64,000 nucleotides of DNA from the NCBI RefSeq assembly GCF_009914755.1, contig NC_060929.1. One strand, written 5' to 3'. The notes under the pieces were generated by a model. It saw only the letters and a program-made list of their open reading frames with translations, searched no databases and was not told where the DNA came from. Source of the stretch: the human T2T-CHM13v2.0 reference genome, Homo sapiens. The translations under genes were made by a program, and so were the position numbers. Positions 1 to 19,114 of this stretch are shown piece after piece (positions within the stretch are counted from its first letter, which is position 1; each line of letters begins with the position of its first letter).

Positions 1-213
1 GTGGCTAGAAGCATGAAATCACCTTGAAGGTAGAAGTCATGCATTGAAGTTAGTAAAAGTGAAATGTAAGTGTATAGTTTCCTGATGAAAATGGGAAGCT
101 TATGTACTAGCAACAGAATGCTTATTATGCAGGCTTCCTATATGTAAAAGAGGACAAATTCTCATTTTATTAAGTTTCTGAAAGTAGATTTCTAAATGCT
201 GGTTCTATTTTTT

Positions 214-259
214 ATTGAAAGTAATGGCAAAAAACGCAATGCCTTTTGTACCAACCTAA
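214..259. mobile_element. MADE1 (Hsmar1 MITE) half element
   Basis: AATGGCAAAAAACGCAAT...TTTTGTACCAACCTAA matches the MADE1 terminal inverted repeat. Confidence 0.75.
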
Positions 260-1564
260 TAGTTAATAAACATATCCTCAAATGAAATGTCTTAGAATTG
301 TGTTCATCAAGTTAATATTAATAATTTATTAGAATAGCACTCTAAAGGGTTGCAGCCTATGCATGAAAATACTTACAAACTACTACATGATAATCAATTC
401 TTTTTGGCAAGACTGCTATTTACATGGACACAAGAGTTATTATAAGAATGTTGTATGTATACATGAATAGTGTCTGTTAAACACTGGATATAATAAAAAC
501 AATAGTTTTTCTGTTAATTATAACAATCTGAACATTTTTGTGATTATATTTCACAAATGACACACCATTTTATTTGCAGATTTTTCTTATCCCCAAAGTT
601 TTTGTTAATTTATTACCAACACAGCACACAAGTCTAGTGGCAATGCATTACCTCTGCAGTTGATTTTGAAGTAAGAAGGCCTATTTATTGCATTCATTCC
701 TGCTTAGATGACATCTTAAATTTGTTAATTGGATTATTATGCTCTATTCTATACATTTATTGATTTATAGATTTTGTGGACACAAATTTCAAAACATATT
801 CGAAAATTTGGTGATAGCTTTTTAGAATCTATTCTTCAACATAGTTATTGAAAGTGAACAAGAAGGACCTCCTCTAGAGATTAGGTTGAGAACCACTTCT
901 TTGATTTGTTAAATATGTGTACATGGATACCATGTGGCTTTATTATGAGGAGCCACTTAAGTGGCTGAGTTACAATTCACAAAACATTGTCACAGGGAAA
1001 ATATCAGGACAAATTTTCAAGTCGCATGCCAAGAAAAGAAACTTTCTGAATGCTTATAAGAAATACCTTAATTAATGGGAGCCCTTCAAAGTACACAAAA
1101 CATCATAACTAGGAGTTGCAACACAACCAGCAATTTACTGATTGAAATGCATTCATTCATACTGACTTCACCTGCTGAATGGAATATTGTGCTGTACTGT
1201 CCTTAGCTATGGAGAGAGAATTAAGGAATATCCCCTTCTGGTGTTCAACAACAACGAAAGAGCAAGAAAGATATATTCCTAATTTTTAAAGAAGAATGTA
1301 GAGATACTTAAACAAGACAATGAAGGTGGTAGAAAGATTATTACCATCCCCAAAGTGTTTGCTCATTAAAACATTTTGTGATTTTCTCTGCCAATATCAT
1401 ACCTGTATGGATAATTGTTTTCCTATCCACACAGTTATGAGAGTGAGAAGATGGAATATAAAAGATGGAACAAGAGGGAATCTGTGTGGTGACCACAGTA
1501 ATCACAGGCTGGTTGGGATCCTAAACTCGGCCACAGCACAAAAGCATGTTCAAGTTTAAAGTCA

Positions 1565-1850
<286 letters not shown>

Positions 1851-3394
1851 AACACCAAACAACACAAAAAGTAAAGTCACAATAAAATGAGATGCTATTA
1901 AGGTTGTTTTAGGTTGATTTTCAACTAGACCAGCATTTAGCCTGTACAAAGGCATATACAAAATAAACCCTAAACCTAAATGGGATTCAGCAGCAGCAGT
2001 GTGGGTTAAAGAAGCCACCAGTTCCCTGGAGGCCAGAACCACAGGCCTGTGGCCTTTTTTATTGTTTTGACAGGGAGGTGGAAAGCAGGAGTATAACTAC
2101 ATTCAAGTGTCTGCTCTGTTGCTGTAGGAGAAAATCCGTGCTGTAGCACATCAAAGTTTTTCCAAATTTTATTTCTTAGGACATCTTTGGGGTTTATGTA
2201 AGTATTAAATAGAGCTCCCCTAGCCCAGGCTTACACAGGACATATGTCTAGTGTCATAGGTCTGTATGCTTAAATTATAGCAGAAAGTTTGCTAAAATTT
2301 AAGTGAAGTAATGTTGAAGGTTGAATCATTTGAAACAAACTACCTGCACCAAAATATTCTTTAGTGTACTGATTTCTATCCCACCCCTAATGAGGCTGAA
2401 TTTTAATCTTAACTCTGCTTGTAATTAGGTATTTATATGTGTCTGTTATTCATTTTTTAACAAGATGTCTCTTCAGAGATAAAATGAGGGTAGCAAAAAA
2501 TAATTTTAATAGCCATTTATATGGCTTTGATAACAATTGTCTGTTCTACTTATCTGACTGATTCTAAACTCTAAAGGTTATTTTACAGTTAGTAAATTAC
2601 ATAATTTTTATGCAACAATTTGCCTGCCAGGATTCCTATAATACTTGTCAGCTATCAGTAGGTATAAGCCTGTTAGCCTCTAATGTGAAGATAATATCTC
2701 TTTAAGTTATAACGCATTTACAATTGTTACAGTTTCTAAGGTCTTTTTGAAGTTAGAGATGCATCTGAGGATGATGGTTTTCAAGGAGATAGCTCTTTGA
2801 CAAAAAATGACAATATGGGACTTAGTGTTATATTAATTTACACATTATGTTTTTGCTATAAAGAGATAAAAGGTGTGCTATACTACCTATCAATTACTGT
2901 ATGCCACATTTTGTAGAATTGTTTTCCATATTATTGTAGAATGTGGCACTTAAATAGTATCATGAAAAAAGTTTATTCAAGAAATAAGACATTAATGAAA
3001 TATAATTAATATATAAAGACTATATTTAAAAATAATTATGTATTTCTAATCCTAAACTTTTTAAGGTGACATTATTTTTTTCTGTGATATAATTTCAGTT
3101 GAGAAGAACTTTAAATTTTAATAAGATTTTAAGATGATTCAGTAATGTTAACATACTTTTCTTCTGTAAATTTTGTTAACAATTTAGCTGCATTAATTAA
3201 ATATTTATGTAGCTAATTTTAATAGTGATATTTTAATACAATTCTTAATTTTACTCCTGGCTTTCAATCATTCATATATGTTTTTAAAAATTGCTTTTTC
3301 CATTGCTTTACTTCTTAATTACTTTTATCAAAGTCTTAATTGTGTGTGGTTGATTTTAAAAGTTAAATATTTCTATAAGATTTATAAAGACAAA

Positions 3395-3893
<499 letters not shown>

Positions 3894-4174
3894 TCACACA
3901 TATGGTTTGATTCTAATTAATTCTAATGCATCTTGCAGGTTTCAAACTGTATTCTATTATGTAATTATCTGCTGATCCACTCTGTATCCTGTTGTGTAAG
4001 TTGCGATGATTAACCTCTGCCTTTACGATGTAATCCAAATGTAGCATATAGACCTCAATGATAAGATTGATCATGGTGCATTTAATCATTAATTTATTAT
4101 TAATCTCTTTTATCCTGGTACTTAGAGTGCAGATTTTTCTCAACAACTATTTACGCAATCATTAAATGAAATAT

Positions 4175-4372
4175 AGCCTTGTGTCACTTAGCAATGAGGA
4201 TATGTTCTGAGAAGTGTGTGGCTAGGTGATTATCTTACTGTGCAAACTTCATAGAGTGATCAATCTATAATGGTGATAGCAATTTTTCAACCCTATTATA
4301 ATCTTAATGAGCCATTGTTTTACATGCTGTCTCTTATTGATGTAAACGTTGTTATGTGGCACATGATTATGT
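4175..4372 (-). mobile_element. Tigger3/Golem-type MITE
   Basis: Degenerate TIR-like ends (TGTGTCACTTAGCAATGAGGATATGTTCTGAGAA ... AACGTTGTTATGTGGCACATGATT). Confidence 0.6.
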
Positions 4373-4520
4373 AAAAGATATTAATCCATTCATTATTTAT
4401 GCATTCATCCATTTGACCTATGGTAGTGTTCTATTGAAAATGAGTCATCGTGATACAGAAATCCACTGTTAGTTGTTTTTACTTTCTCTTGTTCGTGGGG
4501 AAGAGTGGGTATTGATTTTA

Positions 4521-6130
<1,610 letters not shown>

Positions 6131-8084
6131 GGGGGGTATACACACAATCAGGTGTCAAGCAGTGGCACCTCGTGCAAAATAATAAACTCATCTAAGATCC
6201 TAGCAGTTCATTCTGAAAATAAAGCTGGAAATATATCTTGGATATGTAAAATGTGAGTGTAAAAATTAATGAAACTAAGCAATGGGAATATGAGTAGTAA
6301 ATTATTTGAGAAAATATTATAACATTTACTTTTTTAAATTTCAAAACTATATTTCCTTATTTAAAACTGAAAATTTTTGTGTACATATATGAAACTAATT
6401 GTGTCATTTTTCTTTTTGTTACAATATAGAGTGATGTTTCAAAACACAAACATAATAGGTAGAGTCAATTACTTAGGGGAGTTTAAACCTGGAGGTAACA
6501 TTAGAAATAGAAATAATAAAATGCAGTGTTTTTGGATTTGTCTGTTAAGATTATTTTAATCCAAATCATATTTAATGGTTTACATAGTTGTATATCAAAT
6601 TTGGTTTTAGAAATAAATTATACAGTAAATTTAAAAATGCAAAAAATGTATATTGTTATACATTCTGTAACCTATGAATCCATATAACTTGGGCAAGAAA
6701 ATTATATAATTAAAAATAAAACCTTTCTGTTCTCAATTATGTTTTAGGGACAGCTATATAGTTCACACTCACAAAGGAATCATAAAAACTCTATGTATAA
6801 TCTTGGAAGTAAAAATATCTGTTGTATCATATTTATGAAGTATACAATTGATTAAAAATGATAATGTCTGTCTTCTATCCAACAGCAATAACAGAAGATA
6901 ATGGCATATAAGTAGGCCTGTCTCCTTTTTTTTGGCATTGATTTATATATCTTTACTAGCTTTGTTGTTTTAACTCCAATAAAAGATTATTTAGTAAGCC
7001 AAAGCAAAAAAAAAAAAAAAATCCTGTGAGCAGCCACAAACTGAAAGACTACGATTTTTAGTCAATGTCCTAAGCAACACAGTAATTTTAGGTTAACCAA
7101 TGTGTCAAAGAGAATGAGGAAAAATTATTACAAAAATGAATAAATAAACTGGTCTAGGTCAAACCGTACTCCTTCTAAAGAGAGTAGTCAACTGATATTA
7201 AAGCCTATGACGTAGTATGTGCCATATTGAGTATGCAATATCTAAATATTTCTTTTTTTTCTTTCTCCAGCTACTGCAAACCCTAATTGTTTCCTTATCC
7301 GATCACTTTAAAGTCATTCAGCAAATCATAATTATGCCATTGTTAACATCAGAAACTGAAAACCTACTGTCAAAAGTGAGCTAAAATATCATATTTGGAT
7401 TTATTTATAAATTTATTTTATAAAAAGATTGACTTTCAATTTGAGAATAACATAAAAAATCAATTCATTCCTCTGTGCATCAATATTGTATCATTGGTAG
7501 TTTAAACTTTTCATCTAATATTAGATTGCATGCAGGATTTTATATCTAATTACTCTGGCAGATGGCCTTTAGAAAGTTCAAAAATAAAATGCAGCAATTC
7601 ATATTGGCAGATTTACTATTGAGACCAATGCTTTCTTAACTAAAAGGTTTTGTTTAAAATCGTTAGTTTAGGAAATCTGATAAAGATTTTTGAATATCAG
7701 AGCGTTTAAAAGAGATTCTTACTTTACATCTGGCATATTTCTTGTGTTACATATTATAATTTCATTGAACATGGCTGTCTGTAAAACTATGTATATGATC
7801 CGGAAGAGACTCAAACTAAATTAAGTTTTAACAGCCATCAATTCATTTTAAAATGACACAGGCATGAAAAATGATCTATCAAGATTTGTAAATCTTATTC
7901 TGTTAGCTATTGCTAGAGATAGTCTAAAGGTATTCTACTTGGAATTTGAGATCAAGACAAAGATTTTCTGTTAGTAATAATATTCAGATTATTTTTATTT
8001 TGATGTATAAATTTAAAATTCTTAGAATATTTTCAACAATATTTTCCATTTCTAAATTTATTTTATTTCTAAACAAATGTAATT

Positions 8085-8200
8085 ACTTTATTTATTAACT
8101 TTTATTTTCAGTTCAGGGGTATATGTGCAGGTTTGTTATATAGGTAAACCTATAGGTAAATAGGTATACAGATTATTTTGTCACCCAGGCATTAAGCCTA
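8085..8200 (-). mobile_element. Old L1PA 3' end fragment
   Basis: TTCAGGGGTATATGTGCAGGTTTGTTATATAGGTAAAC. Confidence 0.7.
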
Positions 8201-8394
8201 TGCGCGTTAGTGAAAAATGTTATTGCTTTAAATATCCAAATTATTCAGCTGCATTTGATCTCATTCTTTAGTCCAATGTAAGTAAGAGTAAAACAATGAC
8301 ATTTAAGGCCACCAGGCTATTCTCATTTTTGGAAAAATGCTGGATTACATTACCAGCATATTAAATGAGAATATCAAGGTGTAATATCTCCCTA

Positions 8395-8611
8395 GAAATT
8401 GTCTCACCTTCAATACTATTGACATTTTTGGACCTGATAATTTTGTTGTGGGCTCTAGCCTCATGTTATAGGAGGTTTACCAGTTTTCCTGCCCTAAACT
8501 TACCGGATGTGAATAGCACACTCCACTACCTACAGCAGTAAAAACTAAAATTGTCTCTAAACATTGACAAATTGTCCCTGGTAGTGAAAATCACCCCTGG
8601 TTGAGACCGTG
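8395..8611 (+). mobile_element. MER20 (hAT-Charlie)
   Basis: ACTATTGACATTTTTGGACCTGATAATT...ACATTGACAAAT...TCACCCCTGGTTGAGACC. Confidence 0.7.
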
Positions 8612-8924
8612 TTGTTGAAAATAAAACAAAAACTTTCACATCAATAAATATGTTAGGCTGTGTATGTTAAGGATTAACATTAAGACAATATGGAGCAAGC
8701 ACTACATGAAAGCAGTGACGATTGGGAATTAGTGGCACATTATCCTAATAGTTAATATAGTGACTGTAATATCTAAATATCATCCTATAGAGTTTTTCTT
8801 AGATTTTTTCATTAGTATAACAGGATGTTGTGTATGTTACACTGTATATACTGTTATTTTGAGAGACAATTTTGGGAGATTTTGCCAAGGTATTTTCAAT
8901 TATAGGTCTTTAATACATTCTAAG

Positions 8925-9138
8925 CAAGTGGGTCTCAAAAATGGGAATTTTACACCCCACATTCTTCTTCCCATCCGGTGGACATTTGTCAATGTGCGCA
9001 GATATTTCTGATTAAAAAAAAAAAAAAAACTGTGAAAGAGAGGGTGTGCTACTGGCATCTGGTGGTCGAGGCTAGGGATGTTGCTAATCATCTTACAATG
9101 TACACGATAGTTCCCCACAATGACTTTGAGAAACCCTG
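8925..9138 (-). mobile_element. MER20, opposite orientation
   Basis: GGACATTTGTCAATGT...GCTACTGGCATCTGGTGGTCGAGGCTAGGGATGTTGCTAA. Confidence 0.75.
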
Positions 9139-9433
9139 CTCTGACACTACTGCAGGATGAATTTTAAGCACAATTATAAGAGAGGACCTAGATATTGAGT
9201 TTTAAAAGGAGAAAATATAAGTACAAAAGAAGAGTGAAGATTGTTACAACAGGGGCAAGTAGAAGTTAGAAGAAAATGTGATAAAGTAAATCTACATTTT
9301 AGAATAGTACTGGAAGTTATTATCAGGTGTTACAGACAAGTTTGAGACTTCCGTAAGTGACCTAAAGAAATTATGGACACTGCAAGACTAAATAATCATT
9401 CATTTAGGAAGGAGCTTAAATGCACTTTCTCAA

Positions 9434-9767
<334 letters not shown>

Positions 9768-11796
9768 TTATCCTGAGCTTTTTTTACTTTAAGCTATCAA
9801 GCCATTGTTTGGAATCTTCAGAACCTCTTTAGAGTTTGGGATTTAAGAGTCAGTAGGTAGATAGTGAGCTTAAGATGCCAAACACAACATATAAAGCTAT
9901 AAAAATCCATATGATCTTGAAAGATTAAATGGAAGCCCAGCACAAAACAATTGCTGAGTATATTATTTACATTATCTGAAAGTATGCCAAACAGACACTT
10001 TATATGTTAATAAAGATATGAGAAAGAAAATTCCAAAGAGTTTCTAAAAAGTGAACAACCACAAAATTTCAATAGCTTGCAACAAACATTTTCTTCTCAC
10101 TCATGTTACCTGATGGAAAATCAAATGGCTGCCTGGAGACAGCATGGAGGGAGAGACTGATTACTGAGGTGCACAAGAAAACTTTTCATAATGATGGTTG
10201 TGAATGTAGTGATATTTCCAAAAGTATATACATATATATATATATATATATCTCAAATTTGACCACATCACACATTTCAAGTATACTGAATTGACTGTGC
10301 ATCTCTTATTATACCCCAGGAAAGTTGAAGATATGACAATGAAAAAAAAATTCTTCCACCGACTACCCATCAATTTTCTTCTCATTAGCCTCACAGATTT
10401 CACAGTTAATTAAAGGGAAGATGCAAATATGTTCAAACTGTACATATTCTGAGGCCCATACCTTGCCATTAGCTCAATAAAGAGAGACATTGTCCCTGGC
10501 ATGAAAATGAAAAACTTGCACACTCCCTAGGTGGCTTCTGGACACTCTTAAGACATGAACACACTTTGGGGGCTCACCCTGTCAGGCTTTGCTCTCCGAG
10601 CTTAGATGAGAAAAACACAAAAATAAAACCAAAAGGTGACATTTAGGTGCCCATCAAGAAAGATGTGTTGGGAACTGGACAGGTCAGGGCTTTAAGTACT
10701 GTATCTTACTGTATGTTTAAGTACTGTATGTTACTGTGGAAACTTACCCATTTTCCCCTCAGAACAACTCTGTCTCAGGAGGTGAGTCTGAGAGCTACTG
10801 TTTCTTTGTAAAGGTTTTATCTGATCAGGCCCACGGTCACCACGTCAGCCCCACTGCCCCTAAATAGTTTGAATCTTGATGTTTTGATTTCAAAGACTTC
10901 TGATTCTAGCTACATAGCTTTGTCCATTTCCCACCTTACCACTATTTACTTTGAATTTTGTTGCATGCCGAGACCAGTGACTGCCACAAATGTGACTGTT
11001 CCTAGAATCTGCTTTCTGCTCTGATCTTTAGTCAGTGTGCAGACTCTAACATAAACTCCTTTCTATCGTATTTTCTTGAGTCCAAGAGCCCATAGATTGT
11101 ATAATGCACTATTTTATGTCCCGTTAAGCAAGTAATTCGCATTGTGGCTAATTAAACTAAGACATACCACTGAATTGTAAAATGCATTATATTTTCAGGA
11201 GATATTAAAATATGAAATGTATAGGTCTTGGAATAGATGAATTGTGACAGTATCTTTGGAAAGCTAATTCAGTTGCAGTATTGCTTAAGATGTCTTTAAG
11301 AGCTGACTTCCTTTAGTTGGAATACATATGTAAATTATTTGCAGAGGAGATTTACCTCTTTTATCTCATTCATTTGTTTATTCAGTCATTTATTGATATC
11401 AATATGGACTAAGGAAAATTACATTTTTGGGTATAATCCAAATATACTACCAATTAATGTATTGTGTTGCTAAAATTATTCTAGAAATTGAAAGACCTTT
11501 CACTTGGCCCCTGTGCTTGTTTGACATATCTCACGAATAGATTTTTGTTAGTATTTTCATAATTTCTGGCACTAGAGGATGTCCCAGGCTCATCTTGTGT
11601 ATTTTCTTCCCCATTCTTAGAATCAGCCACTTTCAAAGACGCCCTGCTTTCTATATATGAAATCAATATTTAAGTGCTAGCTGTGCCTGTAGCTAAGGGA
11701 GTATCAATTTTTTCATAGCTCTCTAAGATGAGAGAGCAAAGAAACAATGTGTATATTCTTACACATATCTTTAAATATTTCTATATGTAAACATCT

Positions 11797-12178
11797 ATAT
11801 TAGTCCATTATCCCATTGTTATAAAGAACTACCTGATCCTAGGTAATTTATAAAGAAAAGAGCTTTAATTGCCTCACAGTTGCACAGGCTGTACAGGAAG
11901 CAAGGATGGGGAAGCCTCAGAAAACGTACAGTCATAGCAGAAGGCAAAGAGGAAGCAGGCACATCTTACATGGCTGGAGAAGGAGGAAGAGAACTAAGGG
12001 GGAGATGCTACACACTTTTAAACAACCAGATTGTGTGAGAACTAAGTCATTATCACAAGAACAGCAAGGAGGAAATCTGCCCCCATAATCCAATCCCCTC
12101 CCACTAGACCCCTCCTTCAACACTGGCGATTACAATTGGACGAGAGGTTTGAGAGGGGACAAAATGTAAACCATATCA
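11797..12178 (-). mobile_element. MST/THE1-type MaLR solo LTR
   Basis: TATTAGTCC...GGTAATTTATAAAGAAAAG...CACAGGCTGTACAGGAAGCA...AACCATATCA. Confidence 0.85.
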
Positions 12179-12589
12179 CCATCTATGTCTGTATTAAGCT
12201 AAACATGGGTTCTTACTGATGTCACTACCTCTAACCTAGTCCCGCAAGCATCAATGCCTTCCTGTATCTCTAAACCCCCACTCCAACAATAAAAATCCTG
12301 ACTCTTACTTTGTGACATCTATTTAGTTAATTGTTCACTTCCAGTATATGTATATAGCTGTACCAGAATTGATAACCTGCCCTTAGTAGAAGAACATCTT
12401 TATCAACTAAATTAAGTGCCTTCGTACAAGTTTCTTTTGCCTTTCATCTTAAGAGACTGCACTCATTTTCAATATCACTTTGACTAGCACCCTTTCCCTT
12501 AAGTCCCTCACTGAAGTTATTTTGTATGGTTCATAATAGAGCTAGATAAATTTGTAACAGTCTGCATTCCATCCTGAGATTCTACAACC

Positions 12590-14510
<1,921 letters not shown>

Positions 14511-17500
14511 TTGAATCATTTCAAGAAAATTAGCAGTGAGTTATGTCAATCAAGCCATTGGTTTGTATTTGGTGGCACATTTACTCTGTATTATTTCACA
14601 CTAGAACCATCTGAGTTAAGTTTTATTATTTGCTATATGTTGCAGATGAAGAAACTGAAGCTGAGAGAGGTTTAGTGAATGACTAAAAAGGTTGTCAGGC
14701 TGCAGGGAAAAAAACAAAACAAAACTGTACGACTAGCCTGCAATGCTTCCCAAAGTATGTAGCTTATTATTATTGGTCACTTTTTGAGTACAAAATGCTG
14801 TGCTATGTAACAGAATAATACAATGTACATATACATATCAATTAACATAAGCATAACTGTAATCACATATACTGATAAATAAAAATATAAAGTAATATAT
14901 GGTAATGACCCAACCATTTGCCTAAGTTTCATGTATTACAGAAGTTTTGAGGAGGGACTTCAGCTGTATGCAAATCAGCAATTCGGGTTGTACAGTTGAT
15001 TACCCATTAGTTCAGAATTTTAATAATTTAAAATATATTTATTAAGAACCTAACAATTGGAAGACCTTACAATAGGTGGGAAAATTCGACAGATGAATAA
15101 TGCTTAGGAGATATCAGCATGTTTTGGAAGGATATTCCCATGAAGAGAAAAAGTATCGTGGGAAGTGTGGGAAGTGTTATGGTGCGAGAGTAATACAGGT
15201 TCCAGCATGTGTTTACATTATTTTGTTGGAGGTGTTGGGGAACCTTTCATGGAAGGTGTGTGGTAGACTGTTGGACAGGTTTCCTCAACTTTCGTTCCAC
15301 TCTTTGAAGAGGTTAGAAAACTAAAACAAAAGAAAACAAGCAATGCAGCTTCCCTTGAGCTAGCTTTATGAATGCAGCTTAGACCACTTACCGATTGTTT
15401 GCATATGAATCAGACTTAGAAAAATGGAAGAGATCAAAGCCTGTCTTGCTATTGTTGATTCTGGCAAGTGAAATCATGGGGACAATAGTTCAGAAGTAGT
15501 GGAAGTGGTAGGATTCAATATCCTTGTGCCTAATCCCCAGTTTCATGGGCATAAGAGGCTTAAAGTTTTAATAGCAGGAGCATCTTTTTGACCCAGGATT
15601 GCAGAAATGATTGCGTGCCTTTGAATTCAAGAACTCAAAACCTTCCTCCATGCCACAGCTACTTTAGTTATTTTAGCCCTTCCTATTGTATATGTATGAA
15701 ATGCACTTTCTGCTTAAGATACCTATTGCGGTTTTTATTTCCTTATTAAAACCTTGGAAAAATATAGCACTTAAATTATGTTTTGTAGAAATTCACTAAG
15801 CAAATAAAGCTAAAGGGGGAGAGAGTTAACCTTCTCTGCCCCCTTTTTATCAGAAGTTAGTTGTAGAAGAAATACACAATTTTTGCGCAATTTTAGCACC
15901 ATCTAAGTTCTGTAGGTCTGGAACACAGACTGGTTAAATGAGCATTTCAGGAGCACTATAGTTGCAAAGTTAAGCAGTCACCACAATTTTATGTGTCATA
16001 CAAAGATTTTTAACTTTATGTTTAAGCAACGAGCCTAGAAGCAAATGGTATTTCCATCAAGAATCGTCTCATATAAAGTAGAGCGTTTTGGAAAATGAAG
16101 TTATTAATAGATAAAAACATGTTTATGCAGTTGGTTTCTAAGTATGACAAACCTATTTCTTGGTAAATTGCAAGTCCATTCCACCTGTGTTTGTAGGCTC
16201 ATTTGCCTAAAAGTCTTGGGATTTTTTCTGATGATCTATTAAATTTTCTTTCTGATTATCTTTTCTAATGCTGTAATAGCATTTCTAACACTGTAATGAA
16301 AGAGAACAAAAGTACACGCTTGCTCATCATTTACTAATTCTAAAAATATATATTGAATACATCTATGTAGCAGGTACTGTGGTAGGTGTGGAAGATAGTT
16401 GAGACAGGTAACAAAGCCCAACATTACGGAGCTTAGCATCACCACCTAGAAGAGTTTTTAAAAAACATAGATAAGTGAATAATGATTATAAAGACAAAGA
16501 GATTCTTGCCATATAATTACATATAAGCAAATTTAGGATGTGATGAAAGATTTTGATATTGGTCTTCTGATTTGGCTGTAGGATGAAGTGTTTATAAGTC
16601 ATCCCAAGGAAGAAACAATTCAGATGAGAACTATTCAATGGATTTGCAATAACAATCCAAAGATGGAAGAAGACACTTCTAGGTAGACAAAATTGCAAGT
16701 ATAGAGAATGTAAATTAAGAGAGAGCTTAGCTTTCAGATGAATTAAAAGATTGTGGTGATCAGAATGTAGAGATTGACGAGAGACAAATGAAATAAAACT
16801 AGAAGGACAAGTAGAGATTTGTGGGTCAAGTTTTAAAATTTTATTATAAATGCACTGATACTGTTCTGAACATTTTCTTACACATGGAAATTTAATGATT
16901 ATGGCTATTGAAAAATGTAACTCTTCATTTATATTTTTCCGAGAATGAAATCGGTGGAATTGCTGGGGGGTGAAAATGTCCAATGCGAAACAGGAGGCTA
17001 ATTTAAGAAGGGATACTGCAAAATTGGTCATGATGGCTCAAACTGCTGTTCATAATAGAGAGAAGAAAATGGATAGAGTTACATATGGATGAGAGTAAAT
17101 TGACAAGGCTAAATGCTAAAACGTGGGTAGTGACAGAAAGTAGGTGTCAAAATAGACTTCCAGGAAAAGAAAAAATGGGTCTACAGAAGAGCCAAATGCT
17201 GATGTGGGTTACATGATCCTGAGCAGATGCAGATGTAATTGGTTAAGTAAAGTAAGTTCTTAAGATAGATTTGGCCTGGCGCTATACATTCTAGAGCCCC
17301 TGAATATAAGTGGGATATAAAACCATGGGAATGACTGTATTTGTCTAAGGAGAGAATTTGGCAGAAGAAAAGGAGACATAAGATGAAATGCAGAGGAAAT
17401 TCAAATTTAATTGGCAGGTGTAGGAAGACAAGGAGATGACAAAAGGAACTGGAAATGAGTAATCAGAGACAGAAAAGTAAAAGTAAGAGTAGAATGTCAT

Positions 17501-19114
17501 GGAAGGCAAATAATTGGAATGTTTCAAGAACAGGGAAATGGGCAATAAAGAGAAGAAAAAAATAGTGACCAGAGGGTATAGTAATGTGTAGAAATTCATC
17601 CTGTGTTAGGTTTGATTGCTTAGACGTTTTATATAAAAATCTTTCCCAGAGAGTAATAAAACAGAAGTGAGGTTAGAGAAAGAACATACGATTTAGCCAA
17701 AAGGTGGGAAAAGTTAGGAAATGAAGAATAAATATGTTTAAAGATAATGTTATGGCTACTCAATGTACAACCTCTTTTCTTTCATTATTTTTAATTGTCA
17801 TATTTAAAAATAGTAATTACCACTTTTAAAAATTGTCTTATTATTTGTTACATAAGAAAATGCATTAATTCAAGCCACATAGTATCATTTATATTATGAC
17901 TGTCGAAACATTACTAGAATTACTAGAACTATTAACCTAATGGCCTGAAAATTTCAACTCACTTCCCTAGCTGTCCTGATGATCATTAGTGAAAGGAAAG
18001 ACTCCATTAAATAATGCTTACTTATAGAGAACTGGTTATATCTGTCTCATTTCCATACATATATCTGTATAAATTAATTTGATTAATAAAACAAACACAA
18101 GGCACAAACAACAAAACACAGTTTATAAATGTCATTGAAAAATGCATGCCTGTACAATTTGGGTATTTGTAATTGTAAATTGATATACTTCATTTTTTAT
18201 CCAGGAGTTACTTAGATTGAAACTTTACCTAATGTATGATAAAATAATACGTGATTAAATTTAAAAACATGATGAATTTATTTAAAATTGGCTTCAATAA
18301 TGTCAGAAAGTAATAAAATAAAATGATTCCTTCAAAGACTGCACCTGTTTATTGCCTGAGATTATCTCTCTTGGCCACAAATCAATATTACTTTCTTTCA
18401 TTCATCAGTGATAAAGCTTTTCAATAATTCTAATTTTAAAGGATGATTACAGCAAGTATATAGTCATTGATTGCTTAAAGGTTGCAGCTAAAATGAACAC
18501 AATGGTCATTTTATTTTTAATAAATGAGCCCTTTTGAAAAGTCAAGCATTTTTCCTCTCACAAAACTTTGTGTAATAAGATTATAGATTTGATCATGTAT
18601 GAGTTTGCACTGTGTGTGTGTATATATGTGTGTGATTTCAGCGATAAAGTTCACTGTTCCACAGCTGGCAATTTCTTCTGCTTAATTGAAAATTCCGTTT
18701 TAAAATATTTCTTTAAAGTTCTAAAATGGGTTTAAATGGGTTCATGAGCTGTAATACTATTAAAAATATATATATATCTACATATTTGTTGATTCTTCTC
18801 AGTTTAAGAAGTGGAGCTTCATACTCCTCCCCTTGAAGGCAGGCTAAGCTGAGTGACTCCCATCTAAGAAATAAAACACCGCAGGATTGGAATGTTACCT
18901 TGTGAGACAAGGTCACAAAGGCTAGGGTTTTAATTTTGAGTGAACTAATTTGCTCCTTACTGGTGTTTCTCTCTCTTTCTCTCCTTCAACTCTTTACGAG
19001 CCCAGCCACCATGCAAATAATTCCAAACTATCTTTTCTAGAAAGCTCACATGAAGAACCGAGGCATCCTATCTGATATCCAGCCAAATGATTAAACATTC
19101 TAGAAGCAGACTAT

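Noticed and set aside
16486-17031. 181-aa minus-strand ORF
   Set aside because: Low-complexity translation of purine-biased, probably L2-derived DNA with no recognisable domain.
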